In this document: positions 8,973 through 18,768 of the stretch, one piece after another
How the letters are laid out: every line of letters starts with the position of its first letter
Position numbering within the stretch: the first letter of the stretch is position 1
Source: Moraxellaceae bacterium AER2_44_116
Lineage (GTDB): Bacteria; Pseudomonadota; Gammaproteobacteria; Pseudomonadales; Moraxellaceae
Length of the DNA stretch: 32,000 nucleotides
Assembly: GCA_006546595.1 (NCBI GenBank)
Contig: VIAD01000019.1
Coordinates: 17,493 to 49,492 of the forward strand
Direction of reading: 5' to 3'
Program-made: the position numbers and the translations under genes
The notes under the pieces: model-generated
Seen by the model: the letters and a program-made list of their open reading frames with translations, nothing else
The model's database searches: none
Told to the model about the DNA's origin: nothing

Positions 8973-9665
8973 TTAACTCGCGCATACGGGGCTGCCATTA
9001 CGGCTCAGAATTTTAGCTTTTGCAGCCTCAGCCTGCTTGCGTAATGTCGTTGCTTTTACTGAGTTTGAGTCGTCTAACTTACTGATAAACACATCCAAAG
9101 CCTCGGCAACTCTAAAACCTGCAAGCTCTCCTAATTCAACAATTGCTTGACTATTAACATCAGATACATTGCGCTGAAGATTATTAGATAAGACTAACAT
9201 CGCTGTAGGATGGCACGTCTGTCCCAATGCATGTGCTGCGGCATCAATCACGCGTTGATCGCTATCCGCATTAAACGTATTAATCAACCGTTGTAATGCA
9301 CTGTCAGGAATTTTTGTTTGTAGCGATAAAACGCCTAAACGCGTCGCTGCTGCCAAACGCTGTTGAGAGTCTTTAGAAAGCAATTCTTTAGCAATTAAAT
9401 CGGGATTCGTCATTAGCTCAACATTGGGTGGTGGGCCTACGGGCTCAGGTGTATCTTCTGGTCTAGGAGGCAGTTTAAATGGTGTCGTGCTAGTGCCTGC
9501 TTGTTTCTGAGACTGTTCTTGTGCTTTTTCTTCTGCCTCTACTTTTTTTTGGTATTCTTGGCTGATTCGCTCTGCTTCGGCTTGCTGACTTTGTTCACTT
9601 CGGCCACAAGCCACGACTAACACCGAGAGACCAATTAGGCTATATAAATGGATGCTATGCTTCAT
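8973..9665 (-). CDS. Lipoprotein with a Glu/Gln-rich and Pro-rich linker and HEAT-like repeats
   Basis: Signal peptide plus lipobox (LSVLVVAC). A charged coiled segment is followed by a PPRPEDTPEPVGPPP linker. Repeated D..QR...AA.ALG-type units (DSQQRLAAATRLG, DSDQRVIDAAAHALGQ) resemble PBS-lyase/HEAT repeats. Confidence 0.6.
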   Translation of the reverse strand: MKHSIHLYSLIGLSVLVVACGRSEQSQQAEAERISQEYQKKVEAEEKAQEQSQKQAGTSTTPFKLPPRPEDTPEPVGPPPNVELMTNPDLIAKELLSKDSQQRLAAATRLGVLSLQTKIPDSALQRLINTFNADSDQRVIDAAAHALGQTCHPTAMLVLSNNLQRNVSDVNSQAIVELGELAGFRVAEALDVFISKLDDSNSVKATTLRKQAEAAKAKILSRNGSPVCAS

Positions 9666-9773
9666 TTTCCCCTCATTTATTATATAAGCGACAATTGCCG
9701 TCGCATTAGCTTTGCGTGAATTCTAAAAAGATTCTACTCTAGCGTTCATTCATCTTCTGTTGTCAATCTTATC

Positions 9774-11126
9774 ATGAGTAAAGCCAAAATTTCCTATGCC
9801 TGTAACGGCTGCGGTAGTCAATTTTCTAAATGGGCAGGTCAATGCTCGGAGTGTGGCGCATGGAATAGCATTCATGAAATCAAAGCAGAGGCTTTAGGCA
9901 ATCCCCGCCAACGGGGTAATTATGCAGGTCAAGCTAGCCCTGTGACTATCTTAGATGATGTCGCTTTTAGTTCAGTTGCCCGTACGGAAACAGGACTTTC
10001 TGAACTTGATCGCGTGCTTGGCGGCGGCTTAGTCGCAGGCTCAGTGGTCTTGATTGGTGGCGACCCCGGCATTGGTAAATCAACGATTTTATTACAAACC
10101 TTGACTTATCTTGCTCAGACACAACCTGCACTCTATATCACAGGTGAAGAATCACTGTCACAAGTTGCCATGCGTGGTAAGCGCCTCGAATTACCCTGCG
10201 ATAAACTGCACATTATGGCGGAAACCTGTGTCGAAAATATTATTGCCACGCTCCGCACCGAAAAACCTGCAGTTGCAGTTATTGACTCTATTCAGACCTT
10301 ATATACAGAGGCGTTGCAATCTGCACCCGGTGGCGTTTCACAAGTACGAGAGTCTGCCGCCCTACTCACCCGTTATGCTAAACAAAGCGGTACAGCATTA
10401 TTTTTAGTCGGCCACGTCACCAAAGAAGGCTCGTTAGCGGGCCCTCGAGTATTGGAACACATGGTTGACTGTGTGTTGTATTTTGAGGGTGAATCGGACT
10501 CACGCTTTAGAATGATTCGAGCGGTAAAAAATCGGTTTGGTGCCGTGAATGAATTGGGCGTATTTGCCATGACCGATCGAGGTTTGCGTGAAGTCGCCAA
10601 TCCTTCGGCGATTTTTTTATCGCGTTACGATGAGCCTATTCCCGGCTCTATTGTCATGGTGAGCCGAGAAGGTACTCGTCCGTTGTTGGTAGAAGTACAA
10701 GCGTTGGTTGACGATGCTTATGGTAATCCGCGTCGAGTGGCGATTGGTTTAGATCAAAACCGTTTAGCGATGTTATTGGCGATTTTACATCGGCATGGGG
10801 GGATTCATACCATAGGTCAAGACGTGTTTGTGAATGTCGTGGGTGGTGTGAAGGTATTGGAAACGGGATCTGATTTGGCGGTATTGTTGGCGGTCACCTC
10901 AAGTTTACGTGGCCAAGCCTTGCCGACGGACTTGGCTGTGTTTGGTGAAGTGGGTTTATCGGGTGAGATTCGTCCCGTGCCTAATGGTCAAGAGCGACTA
11001 CGCGAAGCGGCAAAACATGGCTTTAAACGGGCGATTGTGCCTAAAGGCAATGTACCACGCCAAGAAATTGAAGGCTTGGAAGTGGTAGGCGTTGGGCGGT
11101 TACATGAAGCGTTGGCGGCGGTTTAA
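9774..11126 (+). CDS. radA: DNA repair protein RadA/Sms
   Basis: N-terminal C4 zinc finger CNGCGSQFSKWAGQCSECGAW, Walker A GGDPGIGKST, the RadA KNRFG motif, and a Lon-protease-like C-terminal domain. Confidence 0.95.
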   Translation: MSKAKISYACNGCGSQFSKWAGQCSECGAWNSIHEIKAEALGNPRQRGNYAGQASPVTILDDVAFSSVARTETGLSELDRVLGGGLVAGSVVLIGGDPGIGKSTILLQTLTYLAQTQPALYITGEESLSQVAMRGKRLELPCDKLHIMAETCVENIIATLRTEKPAVAVIDSIQTLYTEALQSAPGGVSQVRESAALLTRYAKQSGTALFLVGHVTKEGSLAGPRVLEHMVDCVLYFEGESDSRFRMIRAVKNRFGAVNELGVFAMTDRGLREVANPSAIFLSRYDEPIPGSIVMVSREGTRPLLVEVQALVDDAYGNPRRVAIGLDQNRLAMLLAILHRHGGIHTIGQDVFVNVVGGVKVLETGSDLAVLLAVTSSLRGQALPTDLAVFGEVGLSGEIRPVPNGQERLREAAKHGFKRAIVPKGNVPRQEIEGLEVVGVGRLHEALAAV

Positions 11127-11263
11127 GAATACTCTTATTCAAACATCTCCTCCAACCAAAGCACTTTTCCTTACTTGCATTTATTACAACCCATTGATTT
11201 TAATTAATTTATTAATAAAAATCAAACTCTTCAGAACGAAATTTTACGGCAGTTTTAATAAAA

Positions 11264-11294
11264 AAGCCCCGTCATCTTGTGAATAACGGGGCTT
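11264..11294. terminator. Bidirectional rho-independent terminator between convergent radA and fadA
   Basis: Stem AAGCCCCGT (11264-11272), 13-nt loop, stem ACGGGGCTT (11286-11294). An A-run lies upstream, giving a U-run for the minus-strand fadA transcript. ATTTTC lies downstream for radA. Confidence 0.7.
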
Positions 11295-11331
11295 ATTTTC
11301 GTCTTGGATAAAGACTAAAACGATTGTATAA

Positions 11332-11347
11332 GGCGAATAAATTCGCC
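11332..11347. repeat. 16-bp perfect palindrome GGCGAATAAATTCGCC, copy 1
   Basis: The sequence is identical to 25186-25201, with shared flanks (A/T)AGGCGAATAAATTCGCC(A/C)CTAC. Both copies lie just 3' of a minus-strand stop codon (fadA here). Confidence 0.6.
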
Positions 11348-11361
11348 ACTACATCAGAGCA

Positions 11362-12546
<1,185 letters not shown>

Positions 12547-12550
12547 CTAA

Positions 12551-14701
12551 TTAGCCAAAGAACTTCTTGTTAGCGGCAGCCATGTCTAGCAACAATTGTG
12601 GTGCTTCGTATGCTTTACCTAAGTAAGCATATTTTTCACACATTGCGACATAGTTAGCGATGCCCACTTGGTCAACATAACGGCAAGCACCACCACGGAA
12701 TGGAGGGAAACCAATACCCATAATCAACGCCATATCTGCTTCAGCAGCACTAGCCACAATGCCTTCTTCTAAGCAACGAGCGATTTCGTTAACCATTGGG
12801 ATCATGCAACGGTCAATCACTTCTTGGGCTTCAAACTCTTTACGAGCTGCAACCACTGGCGCTAATAAGTCATAAACGGTTGGGTCAACAACTTTTTTAG
12901 GTTTGCCTTTTTTGTCTTGTTCGTAAACATAATAACCTTTGGCTGTTTTTTGGCCATAACGGTTATTTTCGAACATGATTTCTGTGCCGCTTTTGTAGTC
13001 TGGCTTCATACGGTCAGGGAAACCTTCAGCCATGATTTTGGCTGCATGAACGCCTGTATCCATACCCACAACGTCTAACAAGTAAGCAGGACCCATCGGC
13101 CAGCCGAAACGCTCCATGACTTTGTCAACGGCTTGGAAGTCAGCGCCATCACGCACTAACATGTCAAAACCACCAAAGTATGGGAACAGTACACGGTTAA
13201 CCAAGAAACCAGGGCAATCGTTAACAACAATCGGAGTTTTGCCCATTTTTTGAGCTAAAATCACGGTTGCAGCAACGGCGGCATCAGATGACTTTTCACC
13301 ACGAATAACTTCAACCAAAGGCATCATGTTAACGGGATTGAAGAAGTGCATACCAACAAAGTTTTCAGGACGCTTGAGGCTTTTTGCCAAATGCGTAATG
13401 GAGATTGTTGAGGTATTAGACGCTAAAATCGTGTCTTCATTCACCAAGCCTTCCACTTCGCTTAATACTGCGCCTTTGACTTTTGGATTTTCAACAACCG
13501 CTTCGATAATGATATCGACGGTATTGAAATCACCGTAGTTTAAGGTTGGGCGAATACGCGCTAAAGTTTTGCCCATGTCGGCAGGAGTCATACGACTTCG
13601 TTCGACTTGCTTGCTCAACAATTTAGTCGCTTCGTTCATACCCAAGTCTAAAGCTTCGGTACGAATATCTTTCATAATAATCGGTGTGCCTTTGTAGGCA
13701 GCTTGGTAAGCGATACCGCCACCCATGATGCCTGCACCCAATACCGCTGCTTGTTTAACTTCTTTCGTCGCTTTGGCTTCGTGCTTTTTAGAGGCTTTTT
13801 TCACCGCTTGGTCTGCCATAAACAAACCGACTAACGCAGTTGCTTGTGGTGTCACAGCGGCTTTAGCGAAGTTTTTGGCTTCTACTTTAAGCGCATCGTC
13901 ACGAGTCAAACTGGCGTGGCCTTGCATTGCCTGTAATAGCAATTTTGGCGCAGGATAGTTCGGACCTGCTTTGCTCACAACCATTGCTGTCGCGGTATTA
14001 AACGACATCATTTGCTCAAGCATATTGAGTTTGACGGGGTTTAATTTTTCAGCACGTTTGGCTTGCCAATCAATTTTACCGTCAATACATTGCTTCACTA
14101 AAGCAACGGCTGCTTCTGTTAATTGCGCAGGCGCAACAACCGCATCAATCGCACCATCTTTTAAGGCTGCATCTGGACGCTTTTCTGCGCCTGTGGCAAT
14201 CCATTCAACGGCATTATCAACACCAATGACACGCGGTAAACGTACTGTGCCACCAAAGCCTGGGAAGATACCTAATTTAATTTCAGGTAAGCCCACTTTG
14301 GCAGATGTGGAAGCCACACGATAATCACAGACTAAGCACATTTCAAAACCACCACCGAGCGCAATACCATTAATGGCAGCGACAGTAGGGAAAGGTAAAT
14401 CTTCAAAGCTGTTAAAAATTTGGTTCGCAGAGTTGACCCACTCAACAATCGCGGCTTCGCCTTGAGCGAAACTGGAGACAAATTCCGTAATATCAGCACC
14501 AACGATAAAGACTGATTTGCCACTAGTGACAACCATGCCTTTAATGCTGCTGTCTGCTTTGACCGCGTTAATCGCGCTTTGTAAGTCTTCCAATGTTGCA
14601 CGGTTAAACTTATTGACCGATTCGTTGGCGAGATCGAACTTAAACTCAGCAATCCCATCGCCAAGGGCTTGGACGCTGATGGCAGTTCCCGAATAAATCA
14701 T
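12551..14701 (-). CDS. fadB: Fatty-acid oxidation complex alpha subunit (enoyl-CoA hydratase / 3-hydroxyacyl-CoA dehydrogenase)
   Basis: The N-terminal crotonase fold contains GADITEF and [13 protein letters not shown]. The central NAD-binding motif is [14 protein letters not shown] chose the ATG at 14701 ([11 protein letters not shown]) because a GGAGA RBS precedes it. The ORF-track start at 14743 adds 14 residues with no RBS. Confidence 0.93.
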   Translation of the reverse strand: MIYSGTAISVQALGDGIAEFKFDLANESVNKFNRATLEDLQSAINAVKADSSIKGMVVTSGKSVFIVGADITEFVSSFAQGEAAIVEWVNSANQIFNSFEDLPFPTVAAINGIALGGGFEMCLVCDYRVASTSAKVGLPEIKLGIFPGFGGTVRLPRVIGVDNAVEWIATGAEKRPDAALKDGAIDAVVAPAQLTEAAVALVKQCIDGKIDWQAKRAEKLNPVKLNMLEQMMSFNTATAMVVSKAGPNYPAPKLLLQAMQGHASLTRDDALKVEAKNFAKAAVTPQATALVGLFMADQAVKKASKKHEAKATKEVKQAAVLGAGIMGGGIAYQAAYKGTPIIMKDIRTEALDLGMNEATKLLSKQVERSRMTPADMGKTLARIRPTLNYGDFNTVDIIIEAVVENPKVKGAVLSEVEGLVNEDTILASNTSTISITHLAKSLKRPENFVGMHFFNPVNMMPLVEVIRGEKSSDAAVAATVILAQKMGKTPIVVNDCPGFLVNRVLFPYFGGFDMLVRDGADFQAVDKVMERFGWPMGPAYLLDVVGMDTGVHAAKIMAEGFPDRMKPDYKSGTEIMFENNRYGQKTAKGYYVYEQDKKGKPKKVVDPTVYDLLAPVVAARKEFEAQEVIDRCMIPMVNEIARCLEEGIVASAAEADMALIMGIGFPPFRGGACRYVDQVGIANYVAMCEKYAYLGKAYEAPQLLLDMAAANKKFFG

Positions 14702-14736
14702 GCCTAAATCTCCATCATTTTTGGTTAGTCGGCACA

Positions 14737-14754
14737 GGCACATAGCAATGTGCC
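14737..14754 (-). promoter_or_regulatory. 18-bp palindrome in the fadB 5' leader/promoter region (candidate operator or leader hairpin)
   Basis: On the plus strand GGCACAT-AGCA-ATGTGCC has 7-bp perfect arms. It lies 36-53 nt upstream of the fadB ATG. Confidence 0.35.
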
Positions 14755-14982
14755 GCAGGCGTTACGCAGTGCTTTGGTGCTTAAAAAGTCATGATCTAAG
14801 CGATACTTTAATCAGTCCCGAACAGCCAAAGCTAAAGCTGGCTAAGTGTATTCTAGTGTCAACAATTTGTGGCAACTTTTTGTGGATGAATAGTCGCAAT
14901 TTTTACGCTGACAAGATAGAAAGAAATAGCTAGGCAGTAAACCGTCATTACACGACTGAATTTTTGATCTTTTATTAAGGCT

Positions 14983-15120
14983 TGTGGACGTTTGCTTAAG
15001 TTATCCCTCCGTCTCCGCTCAGGAAGCGTTTTTGCGCGGGCTGAGCGGCATCGAAGCCTCTTTCTCCGAAGTTTTATTTAGACTTTTGAGAAAAAAACCT
15101 GAATTTCAAAACGTCAACGG
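14983..15120 (+). mobile_element. MITE-like palindromic repeat, copy A
   Basis: Collinear with copy B over ~140 bp. Terminal inverted repeats are GTGGACGTTTG at the left and the complement of CAAAACGTCAAC at the right. The internal core is CCGTCTCCGCTCAGG...CTGAGCGGCATCGAAG. The element accounts for the spurious 107-aa ORF at 14984-15307. Confidence 0.55.
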
Positions 15121-15206
15121 ATCAGCCCCTCACGACAATACTTGGCACAAAATCAGCTTATCAAATAGCCAATTTCCTCCCCCCTTACCATCGCTTTATT
15201 CAAATC

Positions 15207-15242
15207 TGTCCCCTAATCACCAATTTTTGTCCCGTAATCACC
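15207..15242 (+). promoter_or_regulatory. Two 15-bp direct repeats spaced 21 bp apart, upstream of the 15351 operon
   Basis: TGTCCCCTAATCACC (15207-15221) and TGTCCCGTAATCACC (15228-15242) match at 14 of 15 positions. The start-to-start spacing of 21 bp equals two helical turns. They lie ~110 nt upstream of the ATG at 15351. Confidence 0.4.
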
Positions 15243-15350
15243 TGTTATCGGACGCTTGGTATGTTAATTTGAATGAGACGCTCAAGACTGTTGAGATTTG
15301 GCGATAGCTTCTAGATTTAACCCATCAATCGTTAATGCAAGGTATCCATC

Positions 15351-16316
15351 ATGACCGTAAGCACGTTACAACACGCCATTATCAAAAAACTACCACTCCG
15401 TAAACACATTAAAATTTCTGATTTTGTTAGCACTGGCACGATGCCGATTCGCCACTTCAATTTTAATTTTGATGCCAAAACCTTTGATGATCGGTTCTAT
15501 TTGCAAAAAGAATGGGCGAGTGCCTATTTTTTTGCTCTGTCGATTTTTTTGACGTATGGTGAAGAATTAGTGATTGAAACGGCTCGTTATCATCGTGACT
15601 TTATTACTGACCCCATTCTTAAACAGCGTGTCTCGGCGTTGATTGGTCAAGAAGCCTTACATTCTAAATTTCATAATGAATACAACGACATTATGAAACC
15701 ACATCATTTACCTGTGGGTTTATATCGTTTTTTGGCCGAAAAAGTATTTGAATATACCTTTCTGAAGTTTCCTCAGCCGCTAAAACTGTCGATGATGGCT
15801 GGTATTGAACATTTTACGGCAGTGCTTGCTGAATACATGATGAAACACGAAGACCATTTTTATCATTCCGATGATGAAAAAGCGCGGGCTTTATGGATGT
15901 GGCATATGCTTGAAGAATCTGAACATAAAGACGTAGCTTATGATGTGTACCAAACACTATCGGGTAATTATTGGCTACGGATTTCAGGTTTTGCTATCGC
16001 TTTTGTCACGATTTTGGGCGGGGTTTCACTTGGCTCATTATTACTGCCGTTTTTAAGAAAACCCAGCAATCTTGTCAGTTTAAGCTTTTGGAAAGAAGCC
16101 AAATCCAGTGCCAGCTTGCTATTTGGTTATGAAAATGGTGTTTTTGGTAGCACGACAGGTCATATCTTCGATTATTTCCGACCTGACTTTCATCCCAACG
16201 ACCACGACACCACTGCCTACCTTAAATACTATAAAGAAAAGTTATTACACCCAGAAACTGGCGTATTAACACCCTTCTTTGTTAAAGAATTTACGCCTGC
16301 GGTACGCGCGGCTTAA
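15351..16316 (+). CDS. Membrane-associated protein of the family usually auto-annotated as predicted metal-dependent hydrolase (PF10118-like by recollection); shows a ferritin-like di-metal ligand pattern
   Basis: 321-aa ORF. The pattern is E71/E72 (YGEELVIE), E101xxH104 (GQEALHSKFH), E153 (GIEHF) and E189xxH192 (LEESEHKD). One hydrophobic helix follows (ISGFAIAFVTILGGVSLGSLLLPFL). It is the first gene of a three-gene plus-strand operon. Confidence 0.6.
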   Translation: MTVSTLQHAIIKKLPLRKHIKISDFVSTGTMPIRHFNFNFDAKTFDDRFYLQKEWASAYFFALSIFLTYGEELVIETARYHRDFITDPILKQRVSALIGQEALHSKFHNEYNDIMKPHHLPVGLYRFLAEKVFEYTFLKFPQPLKLSMMAGIEHFTAVLAEYMMKHEDHFYHSDDEKARALWMWHMLEESEHKDVAYDVYQTLSGNYWLRISGFAIAFVTILGGVSLGSLLLPFLRKPSNLVSLSFWKEAKSSASLLFGYENGVFGSTTGHIFDYFRPDFHPNDHDTTAYLKYYKEKLLHPETGVLTPFFVKEFTPAVRAA

Positions 16317-16339
16317 CCCTCATTTTTTGGAAGTAGATC

Positions 16340-17170
16340 ATGGGTTTATTTAAGAAAACCGTCAAACCGAGTCAACAAGCCTTCGCCGTTGTCACAGGCG
16401 CAGGGAGCGGCATTGGCCAAAGTTTTGCGTTGGAGTTAGGCAAGCGTGGTGGTACGGTGGTTTGTGCTGATATTAATTTAGCGGCAGCCAAAAAAACGGT
16501 GAGTTTATTAGCCGAACTGGGTGCTAAAGGCTTTGCCATTGCTTGTGATGTTGGCGTGGCCGAACAAGTTGCTGAATTGGCCGAACAAGCCGAGCAGTTA
16601 ATGCAACATCCCGTTACTTTGGTTATCAATAACGCAGGTGTTGGTTTGGGTGGCAAGTTTGATGAGTTATCACTCGAAGATTGGCAATGGGTCACGAATG
16701 TTAATTTGTGGGGCGTAATTCACGGCTGTCACTACTTTGTACCAAAGTTTAAAAAGCTCGGTTATGGCGCGATTGTCAATGTCGCTTCGGCTGCGGGTTA
16801 CACGGCTGCGCCTGAAATGACGGCTTATAATGTCACGAAATCTGGCGTATTGGCGTTATCTGAAACGCTGTCTTCTGAGCTGAAAAAAGCCAATATCAAA
16901 GTGAATGTGCTTTGCCCTACTTTAGTCCCCACCAACATTATCAAAAATGGTCGAATTCCTAGTCGTTATTCGGGTTTGGCTGACCATGCTTTAATGAACT
17001 TTGCGATGACTACTAGCGAGTCGGTGGCCAAACTGACGCTTAATCGTCTCGACAAAGGCAAGCTGTACACCATTCCACAACTGGATGCCAAATTATTTTG
17101 GCTGATGAAACGCGCATCACCGACCTTGTACGCCAAATTCTTAGGCTTTTCCTACTCGTTTTTTAAATAG
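16340..17170 (+). CDS. Short-chain dehydrogenase/reductase (classical SDR)
   Basis: Cofactor motif VVTGAGSGIGQ, NNAG motif, and a catalytic Ser...YNVTK (YxxxK) triad. It lies 23 nt after the upstream gene. Confidence 0.85.
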   Translation: MGLFKKTVKPSQQAFAVVTGAGSGIGQSFALELGKRGGTVVCADINLAAAKKTVSLLAELGAKGFAIACDVGVAEQVAELAEQAEQLMQHPVTLVINNAGVGLGGKFDELSLEDWQWVTNVNLWGVIHGCHYFVPKFKKLGYGAIVNVASAAGYTAAPEMTAYNVTKSGVLALSETLSSELKKANIKVNVLCPTLVPTNIIKNGRIPSRYSGLADHALMNFAMTTSESVAKLTLNRLDKGKLYTIPQLDAKLFWLMKRASPTLYAKFLGFSYSFFK

Positions 17171-17199
17171 CCTAACCAGACAATATCTCGAGATTTATC

Positions 17200-18723
17200 A
17201 TGACTCAACACACGCATATTTATGACACCTTTATTGTTGGTGCTGGCATTTCTGGCATCGCTGCGGCTATTCGCTTGCAAAAAGTGGGTTATAACAACTT
17301 TAAAATTATTGAAAAAGCCAGCCGTGTCGGTGGCACATGGCGCGAAAATACTTACCCTGGTTGCGGCTGTGATGTACCGTCTGCACTCTACTCCTACTCC
17401 TTTGCGCCTAGTGCCAAGTGGAGTCATCTGTTTGCTAGACAACCCGAAATTTTGAATTACTTAGAAGAAGTCAGTGAGAACTTTAACATCAAACCATTGA
17501 TTCAATTCAATACATCTTTGGATGATGCGCGTTGGGATGATAGCCGTCACTTATGGGTGCTAGATACGAATCAGGGTCAATATTTAGCTAAGACGCTGAT
17601 TTGTGCTACTGGCCCGATTACCGAACCACAAACGCCAAAACTTGACGGCTTGGACACATTTACAGGTGAAATGTTCCATTCGGCCAAATGGAATCATGAT
17701 TATGACTTAACAGGCAAACGCATTGCCGTGATTGGTACAGGCGCATCTGCGATTCAATTTGTGCCACAAATTCAGCCCAAAGCGAAAGAGCTGTATGTCT
17801 TTCAACGGACTGCACCGTGGGTTTTGCCTAAGCCTGATATGAATCTGAATGATTGGGGCAAATCCATCATCGCTAAGTATCCCGCTATTCAGCAAACGTG
17901 GCGTAACAGTGTGGCACAGTCATTAAATGCTATTAACTTTGGTTTGCGTAATCCTATTGCCCTTAAACCGTTGAATGTTATCGGTAAACAGTTACTCAAA
18001 TTGCAAGTTAAAGACCCTATATTGCGTAAAAATGTCACACCGGGTTTTACCGTCGGTTGCAAACGCATCTTGTTTGCCAATAACTACTACCCTGCTTTAC
18101 AAGCTCCTAATACGCATTTAATTCCTCATGGTTTAGTCAAGGTCGAAGGAAATACGGTTGTCGCAGCCAATGGCGAACGTCACGAAGTGGATGTGATTAT
18201 TTGGGGGACAGGTTTTGAAGTGTCTCATCCACCGATTGGCAAAAAAATTCATAATACCAACGGCCAACGCTTGTCCGAGTTATGGAAAGATAGCTCACCC
18301 GAAGCCTATTTAGGGACAAACCTCGAAAACGTGCCGAATGCCTTTTTAATGCTAGGCCCTAATGTCTTGGTTTATGATTCCTTTATTGGTTTGGCCGAAG
18401 CGCAACTGGATTATATTGTCGATGGTTTACAACAAATCAAAGCTCAAGGCATTAGCAAATTAACGATTAAGCCCACAGTATTACGTCACCATAATCAAGA
18501 AGTGCAAAAGCATTTACAAACCACGGTATTTAATAGCGGCGGCTGTAAAAGCTATTATTTAGATGCCAATGGCCGTAACTTTGCGGCATGGCCTTGGTCA
18601 TTAGCAACACTGAAAAAGCGTTTAAGCTCATTGAATTTGCAAGATTATGACCTAAGCTACAGCGCGCTGCCCAGCGTTACGCCAGAAAAACGTAAAACCA
18701 AACAGAAAATCGTTGTCGCTTGA
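17200..18723 (+). CDS. Flavin-dependent Baeyer-Villiger-type monooxygenase (EthA/AlmA-like)
   Basis: 507-aa ORF with FAD motif IVGAGISGIAAA, the type-I BVMO fingerprint FxGxxxHxxxW (FTGEMFHSAKW), and a second dinucleotide motif AVIGTGASAIQ. Confidence 0.85.
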   Translation: MTQHTHIYDTFIVGAGISGIAAAIRLQKVGYNNFKIIEKASRVGGTWRENTYPGCGCDVPSALYSYSFAPSAKWSHLFARQPEILNYLEEVSENFNIKPLIQFNTSLDDARWDDSRHLWVLDTNQGQYLAKTLICATGPITEPQTPKLDGLDTFTGEMFHSAKWNHDYDLTGKRIAVIGTGASAIQFVPQIQPKAKELYVFQRTAPWVLPKPDMNLNDWGKSIIAKYPAIQQTWRNSVAQSLNAINFGLRNPIALKPLNVIGKQLLKLQVKDPILRKNVTPGFTVGCKRILFANNYYPALQAPNTHLIPHGLVKVEGNTVVAANGERHEVDVIIWGTGFEVSHPPIGKKIHNTNGQRLSELWKDSSPEAYLGTNLENVPNAFLMLGPNVLVYDSFIGLAEAQLDYIVDGLQQIKAQGISKLTIKPTVLRHHNQEVQKHLQTTVFNSGGCKSYYLDANGRNFAAWPWSLATLKKRLSSLNLQDYDLSYSALPSVTPEKRKTKQKIVVA

Positions 18724-18758
18724 TGAAAAATGGGCGGTGGGCGTAACGGCTCACCGCC
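18724..18758 (-). terminator. Rho-independent terminator for the minus-strand prohibitin-like gene
   Basis: On the minus strand the stem is GGCGGTGAGCC...GGCCCACCGCC (plus-strand coordinates 18733-18758), followed by CATTTTTCA. On the plus strand no T-run follows the stem. Confidence 0.55.
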
Positions 18759-18768
18759 TACGACGAAG

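Noticed and set aside
13971-14324. Antisense or alternate-frame ORFs inside well-supported genes, e.g. 1048-1365, 4735-4995, 13971-14324, 16372-16695, 20631-21047, 27844-28077, 31531-31800
   Set aside because: These are shadow ORFs opposite to or overlapping conserved genes. Their compositions are Ala/Ser/Arg-rich or otherwise biased, they have no RBS and they have no recognisable motifs.
15143-15158. Sigma54-like -24/-12 element: TGGCAC-N5-CAGCT
   Set aside because: The -24 half is perfect and the GC spacing is correct, but the -12 half deviates from TTGC. No enhancer-binding-protein gene is nearby, and it would imply a ~180-nt leader. The evidence is too weak to call.
14984-15307. 107-aa plus-strand ORF in the fadB / BVMO-operon intergenic region
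   Set aside because: It has a GTG start and no RBS. Its first third is a translation of MITE-like repeat copy A, and the composition is low-complexity with no motif. It is most likely a non-coding regulatory region.
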